64,000 nt of DNA from Auanema rhodensis (Eukaryota > Animalia > Nematoda). Below are positions 41,534-56,349 of this stretch, one piece after another. A program made the translations under genes and the position numbers. The stretch covers positions 1 through 64,000 of the forward strand of contig OZ059897.1 in assembly GCA_964057225.1 (NCBI GenBank). Reading direction: 5' to 3'. Each line of letters begins with the position of its first letter. The first letter of the stretch is position 1. The notes beneath the pieces are model-generated. The model was not told the origin of the DNA. It saw nothing but the letters and a program-made list of their open reading frames with translations, and made no database searches.

Positions 41534-44173
41534 TCACGTGAAGCGAGATACATACCAAGTGCACATCACGTGTACATTTAATTAGCATAAATTAAAGTTC
41601 ACGTAAATTTCAAAGTCATGGTTACCATGCACCAATATCAATAAAAATTTGTTTTTAGACTAATATGGACATGGGGAATCTAATTTTGAAAACCGCATCT
41701 CTTTATCTTTCACGTGAAGCGAGTTACATACCAAGTGCACATCACGTGTACATTTAATTAGCATAAATTAAAGTTCACGTAAATTTCAAAGTCATGGTTA
41801 CCATGAACCAATATCAATAAAAATTTGTTTTTAGACTAATATGGACATGGGGAATCTAATTTTGAAAACCGCATCTCTTTATCTTTCACGTGAAGCGAGT
41901 TACATACCAAGTGCACATCACGTGTACATTTAATTAGCATAAATTAAAGTTCACGTAAATTTCAAAGTCATGGTTACCATGCACAAATATCAATAAAAAT
42001 TTGTTTTTAGACTAATATGGACATGGGGAATCTAATTTTGAAAACCGCATCTCTTTATCTTTCACGTGAAGCGAGTTACATACCAAGTGCACATCACGTG
42101 TACATTTAATTAGCATAAATTGAAGTTCACGTAAATTTCAAAGTCATGGTTACCATGAACCAATATCAATAAAAATTTGTTTTTAGACTAATATGGACAT
42201 GGGGAATCTAATTTTGAAAACCGCATCTCTTTATCTTGCACGTGAAGCGAGTTACATACCAAGTGCACATCACGTGTACATTTAATTAGCATAAATTAAA
42301 GTTCACGTAAATTTCAAAGTCATGGTTACCATGCACCAATATCAATAAAAATTTCTTTTTGGACTAATATGGACATGGGGAATCTAATTTTGAAAACCGC
42401 ATCTCTTTATCTTTCACGTGAAGCGAGTTACATACCAAGTGCACATCACGTGTACATTTAATTAGCATAAATTAAAGTTCACGTAAATTTCAAAGTCATG
42501 GTTACGATGCACCAATATCAATAAAAATTTGTTTTTAGACTAATATGGACATGGGGAATCTAATTTTGAAAACCGCATCTCTTTATCTTTCACGTGAAGC
42601 GAGTTACATACCAAGGGCACATCACGTGTACATTTAATTAGCATAAATTAAAGTTCACGTAAATTTCAAAGTCATGGTTACCATGCACCAATATCAATAA
42701 AAATTTGTTTTTAGACTAATATGGACATGGGGAATCTAATTTTGAAAACCGCATCTCTTTATCTTTCACGTGAAGCGAGTTACATACCAAGTGCACATCA
42801 CGTGTACATTTAATTAGCATAAATTAAAGTTCACGTAAATTTCAAAGTCATGGTTACCATGAACCAATATCAATAAAAATTTGTTTTTAGACTAATATGG
42901 ACATGGGGAATCTAATTTTGAAAACCGCATCTCTTTATCTTTCACGTGAAGCGAGTTACATACCAAGTGCACATCACGTGTACATTTAATTAGCATAAAT
43001 TAAAGTTCACGTAAATTTCAAAGTCATGGTTACCATGCACCAATATCAATAAAAATTTGTTTTTAGACTAATATGGACATGGGGAATCTAATTTTGGAAA
43101 CCGCATCTCTTTATCTTTCACGTGAAGCGAGTTGCATACCAAGTGCACATCACGTGTACATTTAATTAGCATAAATTGAAGTTCACGTAAATTTCAAAGT
43201 CATGGTTACCATGAACCAATATCAATAAAAATTTGTTTTTAGACTAATATGGACATGGGGAATCTAATTTTGAAAACCGCATCTCTTTATCTTTCACGTG
43301 AAGCGAGTTACATACCAAGTGCACATCACGTGTACATTTAATTAGCATAAATTAAAGTTCACTTAAATTTCAAAGTCATGGTTACCATGAACCAATATCA
43401 ATAAAAATTTGTTTTTAGACTAATATGGACATGGGGAATCTAATTTTGAAAACCGCATCTCTTTATCTTTCACGTGAAGCGAGATACATACCAAGTGCAC
43501 ATCACGTGTACATTTAATTAGCATAAATTAAAGTTCACGTAAATTTCAAAGTCATGGTTACCATGCACCAATATCAATAAAAATTTGTTTTTAGACTAAT
43601 ATGGACATGGGAAATTTAATTTTGAAAACCGCATCTCTTTATCTTTCACGTGAAGCGAGTTACATACCAAGTGCACATCACGTGTACATTTAATTAGCAT
43701 AAATTAAAGTTCACGTAAATTTCAAAGTCATGGTTACCATGCACCAATATCAATAAAAATTTGTTTTTAGACTAATATGGACACGGGAAATTTAATTTTG
43801 GAAACCGCATCTCTTTATCTTTCACGTGAAGCGAGTTACATACCAAGTGCACATCACGTGTACATTTAATTAGCATAAATTGAAGTTCACGTAAATTTCA
43901 AAGTCATGGTTACCATGAACCAATATCAATAAAAATTTGTTTTTAGACTAATATGGACATGGGGAATCTAATTTTGAAAACCGCATCTCTTTATCTTTCA
44001 CGTGAAGCGAGTTACATACCAAGTGCACATCACGTGTACATTTAATTAGCATAAATTAAAGTTCACGTAAATTTCAAAGTCATGGTTACCATGAACCAAT
44101 ATCAATAAAAATTTGTTTTTAGACTAATATGGACATGGGGAATCTAATTTTGAAAACCGCATCTCTTTATCTT

Positions 44174-44360
44174 TCACGTGAAGCGAGTTACATACCAAGT
44201 GCACATCACGTGTACATTTAATTAGCATAAATTAAAGTTATGGTTACCATGAACCAATATCAATAAAAATGGTTACCATGAACCAATATCAATAAAAATT
44301 TGTTTTTAGACTAATATGGACATGGGGAATCTAATTTTGAAAACCGCATCTCTTTATCTT
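44174..44360 (+). repeat. Rearranged 187-bp monomer, copy 2
   Basis: Same junctions as copy 1, with the duplication at 44240-44297. It lies 2827 bp (16 monomers) after copy 1. Confidence 0.95.
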
Positions 44361-44712
44361 TCACGTGAAGCGAGATACATACCAAGTGCACATCACGTGT
44401 ACATTTAATTAGCATAAATTAAAGTTCACGTAAATTTCAAAGTCATGGTTACCATGAACCAATATCAATAAAAATTTGTTTTTAGACTAATATGGACATG
44501 GGGAATCTAATTTAGAAAACCGCATCTCTTTATCTTTCACGTGAAGCGAGTTACATACCAAGTGCACATCACGTGTACATTTAATTAGCATAAATTAAAG
44601 TTCACGTAAATTTCAAAGTCATGGTTACCATGAACCAATATCAATAAAAATTTGTTTTTAGACTAATATGGACATGGGGAATCTAATTTTGAAAACCGCA
44701 TCTCTTTATCTT

Positions 44713-44899
44713 TCACGTGAAGCGAGTTACATACCAAGTGCACATCACGTGTACATTTAATTAGCATAAATTAAAGTTATGGTTACCATGAACCAATATC
44801 AATAAAAATGGTTACCATGAACCAATATCAATAAAAATTTGTTTTTAGACTAATATGGACATGGGGAATCTAATTTTGAAAACCGCATCTCTTTATCTT
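44713..44899 (+). repeat. Rearranged 187-bp monomer, copy 3
   Basis: Same junctions, 539 bp (187+2x176) after copy 2. The TTTAGAAAA marker also repeats at 44514/45053. Confidence 0.95.
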
Positions 44900-47800
44900 T
44901 CACGTGAAGCGAGATACATACCAAGTGCACATCACGTGTACATTTAATTAGCATAAATTAAAGTTCACGTAAATTTCAAAGTCATGGTTACCATGAACCA
45001 ATATCAATAAAAATTTGTTTTTAGACTAATATGGACATGGGGAATCTAATTTAGAAAACCGCATCTCTTTATCTTTCACGTGAAGCGAGTTACATACCAA
45101 GTGCACATCACGTGTACATTTAATTAGCATAAATTAAAGTTCACGTAAATTTCAAAGTCATGGTTACCATGAACCAATATCAATAAAAATTTGTTTTTAG
45201 ACTAATATGGACATGGGGAATCTAATTTTGAAAACCGCATCTCTTTATCTTTCACGTGAAGCGAGTTACATACCAAGTGCACATCACGTGTACATTTAAT
45301 TAGCATAAATTAAAGTTCACGTAAATTTCAAAGTCATGGTTACCATGCACAAATATCAATAAAAATTTGTTTTTAGACTAATATGGACATGGGGAATCTA
45401 ATTTTGAAAACCGCATCTCTTTATCTTTCACGTGAAGCGAGTTACATACCAAGTGCACATCACGTGTACATTTAATTAGCATAAATTGAAGTTCACGTAA
45501 ATTTCAAAGTCATGGTTACCATGAACCAATATCAATAAAAATTTGTTTTTAGACTAATATGGACATGGGGAATCTAATTTTGAAAACCGCATCTCTTTAT
45601 CTTGCACGTGAAGCGAGTTACATACCAAGTGCACATCACGTGTACATTTAATTAGCATAAATTAAAGTTCACGTAAATTTCAAAGTCATGGTTACCATGC
45701 ACCAATATCAATAAAAATTTCTTTTTGGACTAATATGGACATGGGGAATCTAATTTTGAAAACCGCATCTCTTTATCTTTCACGTGAAGCGAGTTACATA
45801 CCAAGTGCACATCACGTGTACATTTAATTAGCATAAATTAAAGTTCACGTAAATTTCAAAGTCATGGTTACGATGCACCAATATCAATAAAAATTTGTTT
45901 TTAGACTAATATGGACATGGGGAATCTAATTTTGAAAACCGCATCTCTTTATCTTTCACGTGAAGCGAGTTACATACCAAGGGCACATCACGTGTACATT
46001 TAATTAGCATAAATTAAAGTTCACGTAAATTTCAAAGTCATGGTTACCATGCACCAATATCAATAAAAATTTGTTTTTAGACTAATATGGACATGGGGAA
46101 TCTAATTTTGAAAACCGCATCTCTTTATCTTTCACGTGAAGCGAGTTACATACCAAGTGCACATCACGTGTACATTTAATTAGCATAAATTAAAGTTCAC
46201 GTAAATTTCAAAGTCATGGTTACCATGAACCAATATCAATAAAAATTTGTTTTTAGACTAATATGGACATGGGGAATCTAATTTTGAAAACCGCATCTCT
46301 TTATCTTTCACGTGAAGCGAGTTACATACCAAGTGCACATCACGTGTACATTTAATTAGCATAAATTAAAGTTCACGTAAATTTCAAAGTCATGGTTACC
46401 ATGCACCAATATCAATAAAAATTTGTTTTTAGACTAATATGGACATGGGGAATCTAATTTTGGAAACCGCATCTCTTTATCTTTCACGTGAAGCGAGTTG
46501 CATACCAAGTGCACATCACGTGTACATTTAATTAGCATAAATTGAAGTTCACGTAAATTTCAAAGTCATGGTTACCATGAACCAATATCAATAAAAATTT
46601 GTTTTTAGACTAATATGGACATGGGGAATCTAATTTTGAAAACCGCATCTCTTTATCTTTCACGTGAAGCGAGTTACATACCAAGTGCACATCACGTGTA
46701 CATTTAATTAGCATAAATTAAAGTTCACTTAAATTTCAAAGTCATGGTTACCATGAACCAATATCAATAAAAATTTGTTTTTAGACTAATATGGACATGG
46801 GGAATCTAATTTTGAAAACCGCATCTCTTTATCTTTCACGTGAAGCGAGATACATACCAAGTGCACATCACGTGTACATTTAATTAGCATAAATTAAAGT
46901 TCACGTAAATTTCAAAGTCATGGTTACCATGCACCAATATCAATAAAAATTTGTTTTTAGACTAATATGGACATGGGAAATTTAATTTTGAAAACCGCAT
47001 CTCTTTATCTTTCACGTGAAGCGAGTTACATACCAAGTGCACATCACGTGTACATTTAATTAGCATAAATTAAAGTTCACGTAAATTTCAAAGTCATGGT
47101 TACCATGCACCAATATCAATAAAAATTTGTTTTTAGACTAATATGGACACGGGAAATTTAATTTTGGAAACCGCATCTCTTTATCTTTCACGTGAAGCGA
47201 GTTACATACCAAGTGCACATCACGTGTACATTTAATTAGCATAAATTGAAGTTCACGTAAATTTCAAAGTCATGGTTACCATGAACCAATATCAATAAAA
47301 ATTTGTTTTTAGACTAATATGGACATGGGGAATCTAATTTTGAAAACCGCATCTCTTTATCTTTCACGTGAAGCGAGTTACATACCAAGTGCACATCACG
47401 TGTACATTTAATTAGCATAAATTAAAGTTCACGTAAATTTCAAAGTCATGGTTACCATGAACCAATATCAATAAAAATTTGTTTTTAGACTAATATGGAC
47501 ATGGGGAATCTAATTTTGAAAACCGCATCTCTTTATCTTTCACGTGAAGCGAGTTACATACCAAGTGCACATCACGTGTACATTTAATTAGCATAAATTA
47601 AAGTTCACGTAAATTTCAAAGTCATGGTTACCATGCACAAATATCAATAAAAATTTGTTTTTAGACTAATATGGACATGGGGAATCTAATTTTGAAAACC
47701 GCATCTCTTTATCTTTCACGTGAAGCGAGTTACATACCAAGTGCACATCACGTGTACATTTAATTAGCATAAATTGAAGTTCACGTAAATTTCAAAGTCA

Positions 47801-50800
47801 TGGTTACCATGAACCAATATCAATAAAAATTTGTTTTTAGACTAATATGGACATGGGGAATCTAATTTTGAAAACCGCATCTCTTTATCTTTCACGTGAA
47901 GCGAGTTACATACCAAGTGCACATCACGTGTACATTTAATTAGCATAAATTAAAGTTCACGTAAATTTCAAAGTCATGGTTACCATGCACCAATATCAAT
48001 AAAAATTTGTTTTTAGACTAATATGGACATGGGGAATCTAATTTTGAAAACCGCATCTTTTTATCTTTCACGTGAAGCGAGTTACATACCAAGTGCACAT
48101 CACGTGTACATTTAATTAGCATAAATTAAAGTTCACGTAAATTTCAAAGTCATGGTTACCATGAACCAATATCAATAAAAATTTGTTTTTAGACTAATAT
48201 GGACATGGGGAATCTAATTTTGAAAACCGCATCTCTTTATCTTTCACGTGAAGCGAGTTACATACCAAGGGCACATCACGTGTACATTTAATTAGCATAA
48301 ATTAAAGTTCACGTAAATTTCAAAGTCATGGTTACCATGCACCAATATCAATAAAAATTTGTTTTTAGACTAATATGGACATGGGGAATCTAATTTTGAA
48401 AACCGCATCTCTTTATCTTTCACGTGAAGCGAGTTACATACCAAGTGCACATCACGTGTACATTTAATTAGCATAAATTAAAGTTCACGTAAATTTCAAA
48501 GTCATGGTTACCATGAACCAATATCAATAAAAATTTGTTTTTAGACTAATATGGACATGGGGAATCTAATTTTGAAAACCGCATCTCTTTATCTTTCACG
48601 TGAAGCGAGTTACATACCAAGGGCACATCACGTGTACATTTAATTAGCATAAATTAAAGTTCACGTAAATTTCAAAGTCATGGTTACCATGCACCAATAT
48701 CAATAAAAATTTGTTTTTAGACTAATATGGACATGGGGAATCTAATTTTGAAAACTGCATCTCTTTATCTTTCACGTGAAGCGAGTTACATACCAAGTGC
48801 ACATCACGTGTACATTTAATTAGCATAAATTAAAGTTCACGTAAATTTCAAAGTCATGGTTACCATGAACCAATATCAATAAAAATTTGTTTTTAGACTA
48901 ATATGGACATGGGGAATCTAATTTTGAAAACCGCATCTCTTTATCTTTCACGTGAAGCGAGTTACATACCAAGTGCACATCACGTGTACATTTAATTAGC
49001 ATAAATTAAAGTTCACGTAAATTTCAAAGTCATGGTTACCATGCACCAATATCAAGAAAAATTTGTTTTTAGACTAATATGGACATGGGGAATCTAATTT
49101 TGAAAACCGCATCTCTTTATCTTTCACGTGAAGCGAGTTACATACCAAGTGCACATCACGTGTACATTTAATTAGCATAAATTAAAGTTCACGTAAATTT
49201 CAAAGTCATGGTTACCATGCACCAATATCAATAAAAATTTGTTTTTAGACTAATATGGACATGGGGAACCTAATTTTGAAAACCGCATCTCTTTATCTTT
49301 CACGTGAAGCGAGTTACATACCAAGGGCACATCACGTGTACATTTAATTAGCATAAATTAAAGTTCACGTAAATTTCAAAGTCATGGTTACCATGCACCA
49401 ATATCAATAAAAATTTGTTTTTAGACTAATATGGACATGGGGAATCTAATTTTGAAAACCGCATCTCTTTATCTTTCACGTGAAGCGAGTTACATACCAA
49501 GTGCACATCACGTGTACATTTAATTAGCATAAATTAAAGTTCACGTAAATTTCAAAGTCATGGTTACCATGAACCAATATCAATAAAAATTTGTTTTTAG
49601 ACTAATATGGACATGGGGAATCTAATTTTGAAAACCGCATCTCTTTATCGTTCACGTGAAGCGAGTTACATACCAAGTGCACATCACGTGTACATTTAAT
49701 TAGCATAAATTAAAGTTCACGTAAATTTCAAAGTCATGGTTACCATGCACCAATATCAATAAAAATTTGTTTTTAGACTAATATGGACATGGGGAATCTA
49801 ATTTTGGAAACCGAATCTCTTTATCTTTCACGTGAAGCGAGTTACATACCAAGTGCACATCACGTGTACATTTAATTAGCATAAATTAAAGTTCACGTAA
49901 ATTTCAAAGTCATGGTTACCATGAACCAATATCAATAAAAATTTGTTTTTAGACTAATATGGACATGGGGAATCTAATTTTGAAAACCGCATCTCTTTAT
50001 CTTTCACGTGAAGCGAGTTACATACCAAGTGCACATCACGTGTACATTTAATTAGCATAAATTAAAGTTCACGTAAATTTCAAAGTCATGGTTACCATGC
50101 ACCAATATCAATAAAAATTTGTTTTTAGACTAATATGGACATGGGGAATCTAATTTTGAAAACCGCATCTTTTTATCTTTCACGTGAAGCGAGTTACATA
50201 CCAAGTGCACATCACGTGTACATTTAATTAGCATAAATTAAAGTTCACGTAAATTTCAAAGTCATGGTTAACATGAACCAATATCAATAAAAATTTGTTT
50301 TTAGACTAATATGGACATGGGGAATCTAATTTTGAAAACCGCATCTCTTTATCTTTCACGTGAAGCGAGTTACATACCAAGGGCACATCACGTGTACATT
50401 TAATTAGCATAAATTAAAGTTCACGTAAATTTCAAAGTCATGGTTACCATGCACCAATATCAATAAAAATTTGTTTTTAGACTAATATGGACATGGGGAA
50501 TCTAATTTTGAAAACCGCATCTCTTTATCTTTCACGTGAAGCGAGTTACATACCAAGTGCACATCACGTGTACATTTAATTAGCATAAATTAAAGTTCAC
50601 GTAAATTTCAAAGTCATGGTTACCATGAACCAATATCAATAAAAATTTGTTTTTAGACTAATATGGACATGGGGAATCTAATTTTGAAAACCGCATCTCT
50701 TTATCTTTCACGTGAAGCGAGTTACATACCAAGTGCACATCACGTGTACATTTAATTAGCATAAATTAAAGTTCACGTGAATTTCAAAGTCATGGTTACC

Positions 50801-53800
50801 ATGCACCAATATCAATAAAAATTTGTTTTTAGACTAATATGGACATGGGGAATCTAATTTTGAAAACCGCATCTCTTTATCTTTCACGTGAAGCGAGTTA
50901 CATACCAAGTGCACATCACGTGTACATTTAATTAGCATAAATTAAAGTTCACGTAAATTTCAAAGTCATGGTTACCATGCACCAATATCAATAAAAATTT
51001 GTTTTCACACTAATATGGACATGGGGAATCTAATTTTGAAAACCGCATCTCTTTATCTTTCACGTGAAGCGAGTTACATACCAAGGGCACATCACGTGTA
51101 CATTTAATTAGCATAAATTAAAGTTCACGTAAATTTCAAAGTCATGGTTACCATGCACCAATATCAATAAAAATTTGTTTTTAGACTAATATGGACATGG
51201 GGAATCTAATTTTGAAAACCGCATCTCTTTATCTTTCACGTGAAGCGAGTTACATACCAAGGGCACATCACGTGTACATTTAATTAGCATAAATTAAAGT
51301 TCACGTAAATTTCAAAGTCATGGTTACCATGCACCAATATCAATAAAAATTTGTTTTTAGACTAATATGGACATGGGGAATCTAATTTTGGAAACCGAAT
51401 CTCTTTATCTTTCACGTGAAGCGAGTTACATACCAAGTGCACATCACGTGTACATTTAATTAGCATAAATTAAAGTTCACGTAAATTTCAAAGTCATGGT
51501 TACCATGCACCAATATCAATAAAAATTTGTTTTTAGACTAATATGGACATGGGGAATCTAATTTTGAAAACCGCATCTCTTTATCTTTCACGTGAAGCGA
51601 GTTACATACCAAGTGCACATCACGTGTACATTTAATTAGCATAAATTAAAGTTCACGTAAATTTCAAAGTCATGGTTACCATGAACCAATATCAATAAAA
51701 ATTTGTTTTTAGACTAATATGGACATGGGGAATCTAATTTTGAAAACCGCATCTCTTTATCGTTCACGTGAAGCGAGTTACATACCAAGTGCACATCACG
51801 TGTACATTTAATTAGCATAAATTAAAGTTCACGTAAATTTCAAAGTCATGGTTACCATGCACCAATATCAATAAAAATTTGTTTTTAGACTAATATGGAC
51901 ATGGGGAATCTAATTTTGGAAACCGAATCTCTTTATCTTTCACGTGAAGCGAGTTACATACCAAGTGCACATCACGTGTACATTTAATTAGCATAAATTA
52001 AAGTTCACGTAAATTTCAAAGTCATGGTTACCATGAACCAATATCAATAAAAATTTGTTTTTAGACTAATATGGACATGGGGAATCTAATTTTGAAAACC
52101 GCATCTCTTTATCTTTCACGTGAAGCGAGTTACATACCAAGTGCACATCACGTGTACATTTAATTAGCATAAATTAAAGTTCACGTAAATTTCAAAGTCA
52201 TGGTTACCATGCACCAATATCAATAAAAATTTGTTTTTAGACTAATATGGACATGGGGAATCTAATTTTGAAAACCGCATCTCTTTATCTTTCACGTGAA
52301 GCGAGTAACATACCAAGTGCACATCACGTGTACATTTAATTAGCATAAATTAAAGTTCACGTAAATTTCAAAGTCATAGTTACCATGAACCAATATCAAT
52401 AAAAATTTGTTTTTAGACTAATATGGACATGGGGAATCTAATTTTGAAAACCGCATCTCTTTATCTTTCACGTGAAGCGAGTTACATACCAAGTGCACAT
52501 CACGTGTACATTTAATTAGCATAAATTAAAGTTCACGTGAATTTCAAAGTCATGGTTACCATGAACCAATATCAATAAAAATTTGTTTTTAGACTAATAT
52601 GGACATGGGGAATCTAATTTTGAAAACCGCATCTCTTTATCTTTCACGTGAAGCGAGTTACATACCAAGGGCACATCACGTGTACATTTAATTAGCATAA
52701 ATTAAAGTTCACGTAAATTTCAAAGTCATGGTTACCATGCACCAATATCAATAAAAATTTGTTTTTAGACTAATATGGACATGGGGAATCTAATTTTGAA
52801 AACCGCATCTCTTTATCTTTCACGTGAAGCGAGTTACATACCAAGTGCACATCACGTGTACATTTAATTAGCATAAATTAAAGTTCACGTAAATTTCAAA
52901 GTCATGGTTACCATGAACCAATATCAATAAAAATTTGTTTTTAGACTAATATGGACATGGGGAATCTAATTTTGAAAACCGCATCTCTTTATCTTTCACG
53001 TGAAGCGAGTTACATACCAAGTGCACATCACGTGTACATTTAATTAGCATAAATTAAAGTTCACGTAAATTTCAAAGTCATGGTTACCATGCACCAATAT
53101 CAAGAAAAATTTGTTTTTAGACTAATATGGACATGGGGAATCTAATTTTGAAAACCGCATCTCTTTATCTTTCACGTGAAGCGAGTTACATACCAAGTGC
53201 ACATCACGTGTACATTTAATTAGCATAAATTAAAGTTCACGTAAATTTCAAAGTCATGGTTACCATGCACCAATATCAATAAAAATTTGTTTTCAGACTA
53301 ATATGGACATGGGGAATCTAATTTTGAAAACCGCATCTCTTTATCTTTCACGTGAAGCGAGTTACATACCAAGGGCACATCACGTGTACATTTAATTAGC
53401 ATAAATTAAAGTTCACGTAAATTTCAAAGTCATGGTTACCATGAACCAATATCAATAAAAATTTGTTTTTAGACTAATATGGACATGGGGGATCTAATTT
53501 TGAAAACCGAATCTCTTTATCTTTCACGTGAAGCGAGTTACATACCAAGTGCACATCACGTGTACATTTAATTAGCATAAATTAAAGTTCACGTAAATTT
53601 CAAAGTCATGGTTACCATGCACCAATATCAATAAAAATTTGTTTTTAGACTAATATGGACATGGGGAATCTAATTTTGAAAACCGCATCTCTTTATCTTT
53701 CACGTGAAGCGAGTTACATACCAAGTGCACATCACGTGTACATTTAATTAGCATAAATTAAAGTTCACGTAAATTTCAAAGTCATGGTTACCATGCACCA

Positions 53801-56349
53801 ATATCAATAAAAATTTGTTTTTAGACTAATATGGACATGGGGAGTCTAATTTTGAAAACCGCATCTCTTTATCTTTCACGTGAAGCGAGTTACATACCAA
53901 GTGCACATCACGTGTACATTTAATTAGCATAAATTAAAGTTCACGTAAATTTCAAAGTCATGGTTACCATGCACCAATATCAATAAAAATTTGTTTTTAG
54001 ACTAATATGGACATGGGGAATCTAATTTTGAAAACCGCATCTTTTTATCTTTCACGTGAAGCGAGTTACATACCAAGTGCACATCACGTGTACATTTAAT
54101 TAGCATAAATTAAAGTTCACGTAAATTTCAAAGTCATGGTTACCATGAACCAATATCAATAAAAATTTGTTTTTAGACTAATATGGACATGGGGAATCTA
54201 ATTTTGAAAACCGCATCTCTTTATCTTTCACGTGAAGCGAGTTACATACCAAGGGCACATCACGTGTACATTTAATTAGCATAAATTAAAGTTCACGTAA
54301 ATTTCAAAGTCATGGTTACCATGAACCAATATTAATAAAAATTTGTTTTTAGACTAATATGGACATGAGGAATCTAATTTTGAAAACCGCATCTCTTTAT
54401 CTTTCACGTGAAGCGAGTTACATACCAAGGGCACATCACGTGTACAGTTAATTAGCATAAATTAAAGTTCACGTAAATTTCAAAGTCATGGTTACCATGC
54501 ACCAATATCAATAAAAATTTGTTTTTAGACTAATATGGACATGGGGAATCTAATTTTGAAAACCGCATCTCTTTATCTTTCACGTGAAGCGAGTTACATA
54601 CCAAGTGCACATCACGTGTACATTTAATTAGCATAAATTAAAGTTCACGTAAATTTCAAAGTCATGGTTACCATGCACCAATATCAATAAAAATTTGTTT
54701 TTAGACTAATATGGACATGGGGAGTCTAATTTTGAAAACCGCATCTCTTTATCTTTCAAGTGAAGCGAGTTACATACCAAGTGCACATCACGTGTACATT
54801 TAATTAGCATAAATTAAAGTTCACGTAAATTTCAAAGTCATGGTTACCATGCACCAATATCAATAAAAATTTGTTTTTAGACTAATATGGACATGGGGAA
54901 TCTAATTTTGAAAACCGCATCTTTTTATCTTTCACGTGAAGCGAGTTACATACCAAGTGCACATCACGTGTACATTTAATTAGCATAAATTAAAGTTCAC
55001 GTAAATTTCAAAGTCATGGTTACCATGAACCAATATCAATAAAAATTTGTTTTTAGACTAATATGGACATGGGGAATCTAATTTTGAAAACCGCATCTCT
55101 TTATCTTTCACGTGAAGCGAGTTACATACCAAGGGCACATCACGTGTACATTTAATTAGCATAAATTAAAGTTCACGTAAATTTCAAAGTCATGGTTACC
55201 ATGAACCAATATTAATAAAAATTTGTTTTTAGACTAATATGGACATGGGGAATCTAATTTTGAAAACCGCATCTCTTTATCTTTCACGTGAAGCGAGTTA
55301 CATACCAAGGGCACATCACGTGTACATTTAATTAGCATAAATTAAAGTTCACGTAAATTTCAAAGTCATGGTTACCATGCACCAATATCAATAAAAATTT
55401 GTTTTTAGACTAATATGGACATGGGGAATCTAATTTTGAAAACCGCATCTCTTTATCTTTCACGTGAAGCGAGTTACATACCAAGTGCACATCACGTGTA
55501 CATTTAATTAGCATAAATTAAAGTTCACGTAAATTTCAAAGTCATGGTTACCATGAACCAATATCAATAAAAATTTGTTTTTAGACTAATATGGACATGG
55601 GGAATCTAATTTTGAAAACCGCATCTCTTTATCTTTCACGTGAAGCGAGTTACATACCAAGTGCACATCACGTGTACATTTAATTAGCATAAATTAAAGT
55701 TCACGTAAATTTCAAAGTCATGGTTACCATGCACCAATATCAAGAAAAATTTGTTTTTAGACTAATATGGACATGGGGAATCTAATTTTGAAAACCGCAT
55801 CTCTTTATCTTTCACGTGAAGCGAGTTACATACCAAGTGCACATCACGTGTACATTTAATTAGCATAAATTAAAGTTCACGTAAATTTCAAAGTCATGGT
55901 TACCATGCACCAATATCAATAAAAATTTGTTTTTAGACTAATATGGACATGGGGAATCTAATTTTGAAAACCGCATCTCTTTATCTTTCACGTGAAGCGA
56001 GTTACATACCAAGGGCACATCACGTGTACATTTAATTAGCATAAATTAAAGTTCACGTAAATTTCAAAGTCATGGTTACCATGCACCAATATCAATAAAA
56101 ATTTGTTTTTAGACTAATATGGACATGGGGAATCTAATTTTGAAAACCGCATCTCTTTATCTTTCACGTGAAGCGAGTTACATACCAAGTGCATATCACG
56201 TGTACATTTAATTAGCATAAATTAAAGTTCACGTAAATTTCAAAGTCATGGTTACCATGAACCAATATCAATAAAAATTTGTTTTTAGACTAATATGGAC
56301 ATGGGGAATCTAATTTTGAAAACCGCATCTCTTTATCGTTCACGTGAAG

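Larger units (their letters stand above)
41710..47600 (+). repeat. Block duplication with 3366-bp offset (19 monomers including two 187-mers); ends approximate
   Basis: TTGCACGTG lies at 42238/45604, with TTTCTTTTTGG, TTACGATG, GTTGCAT, CACTTAAA and GGACACGGGAAATTT following in the same order and offset. Confidence 0.85.
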
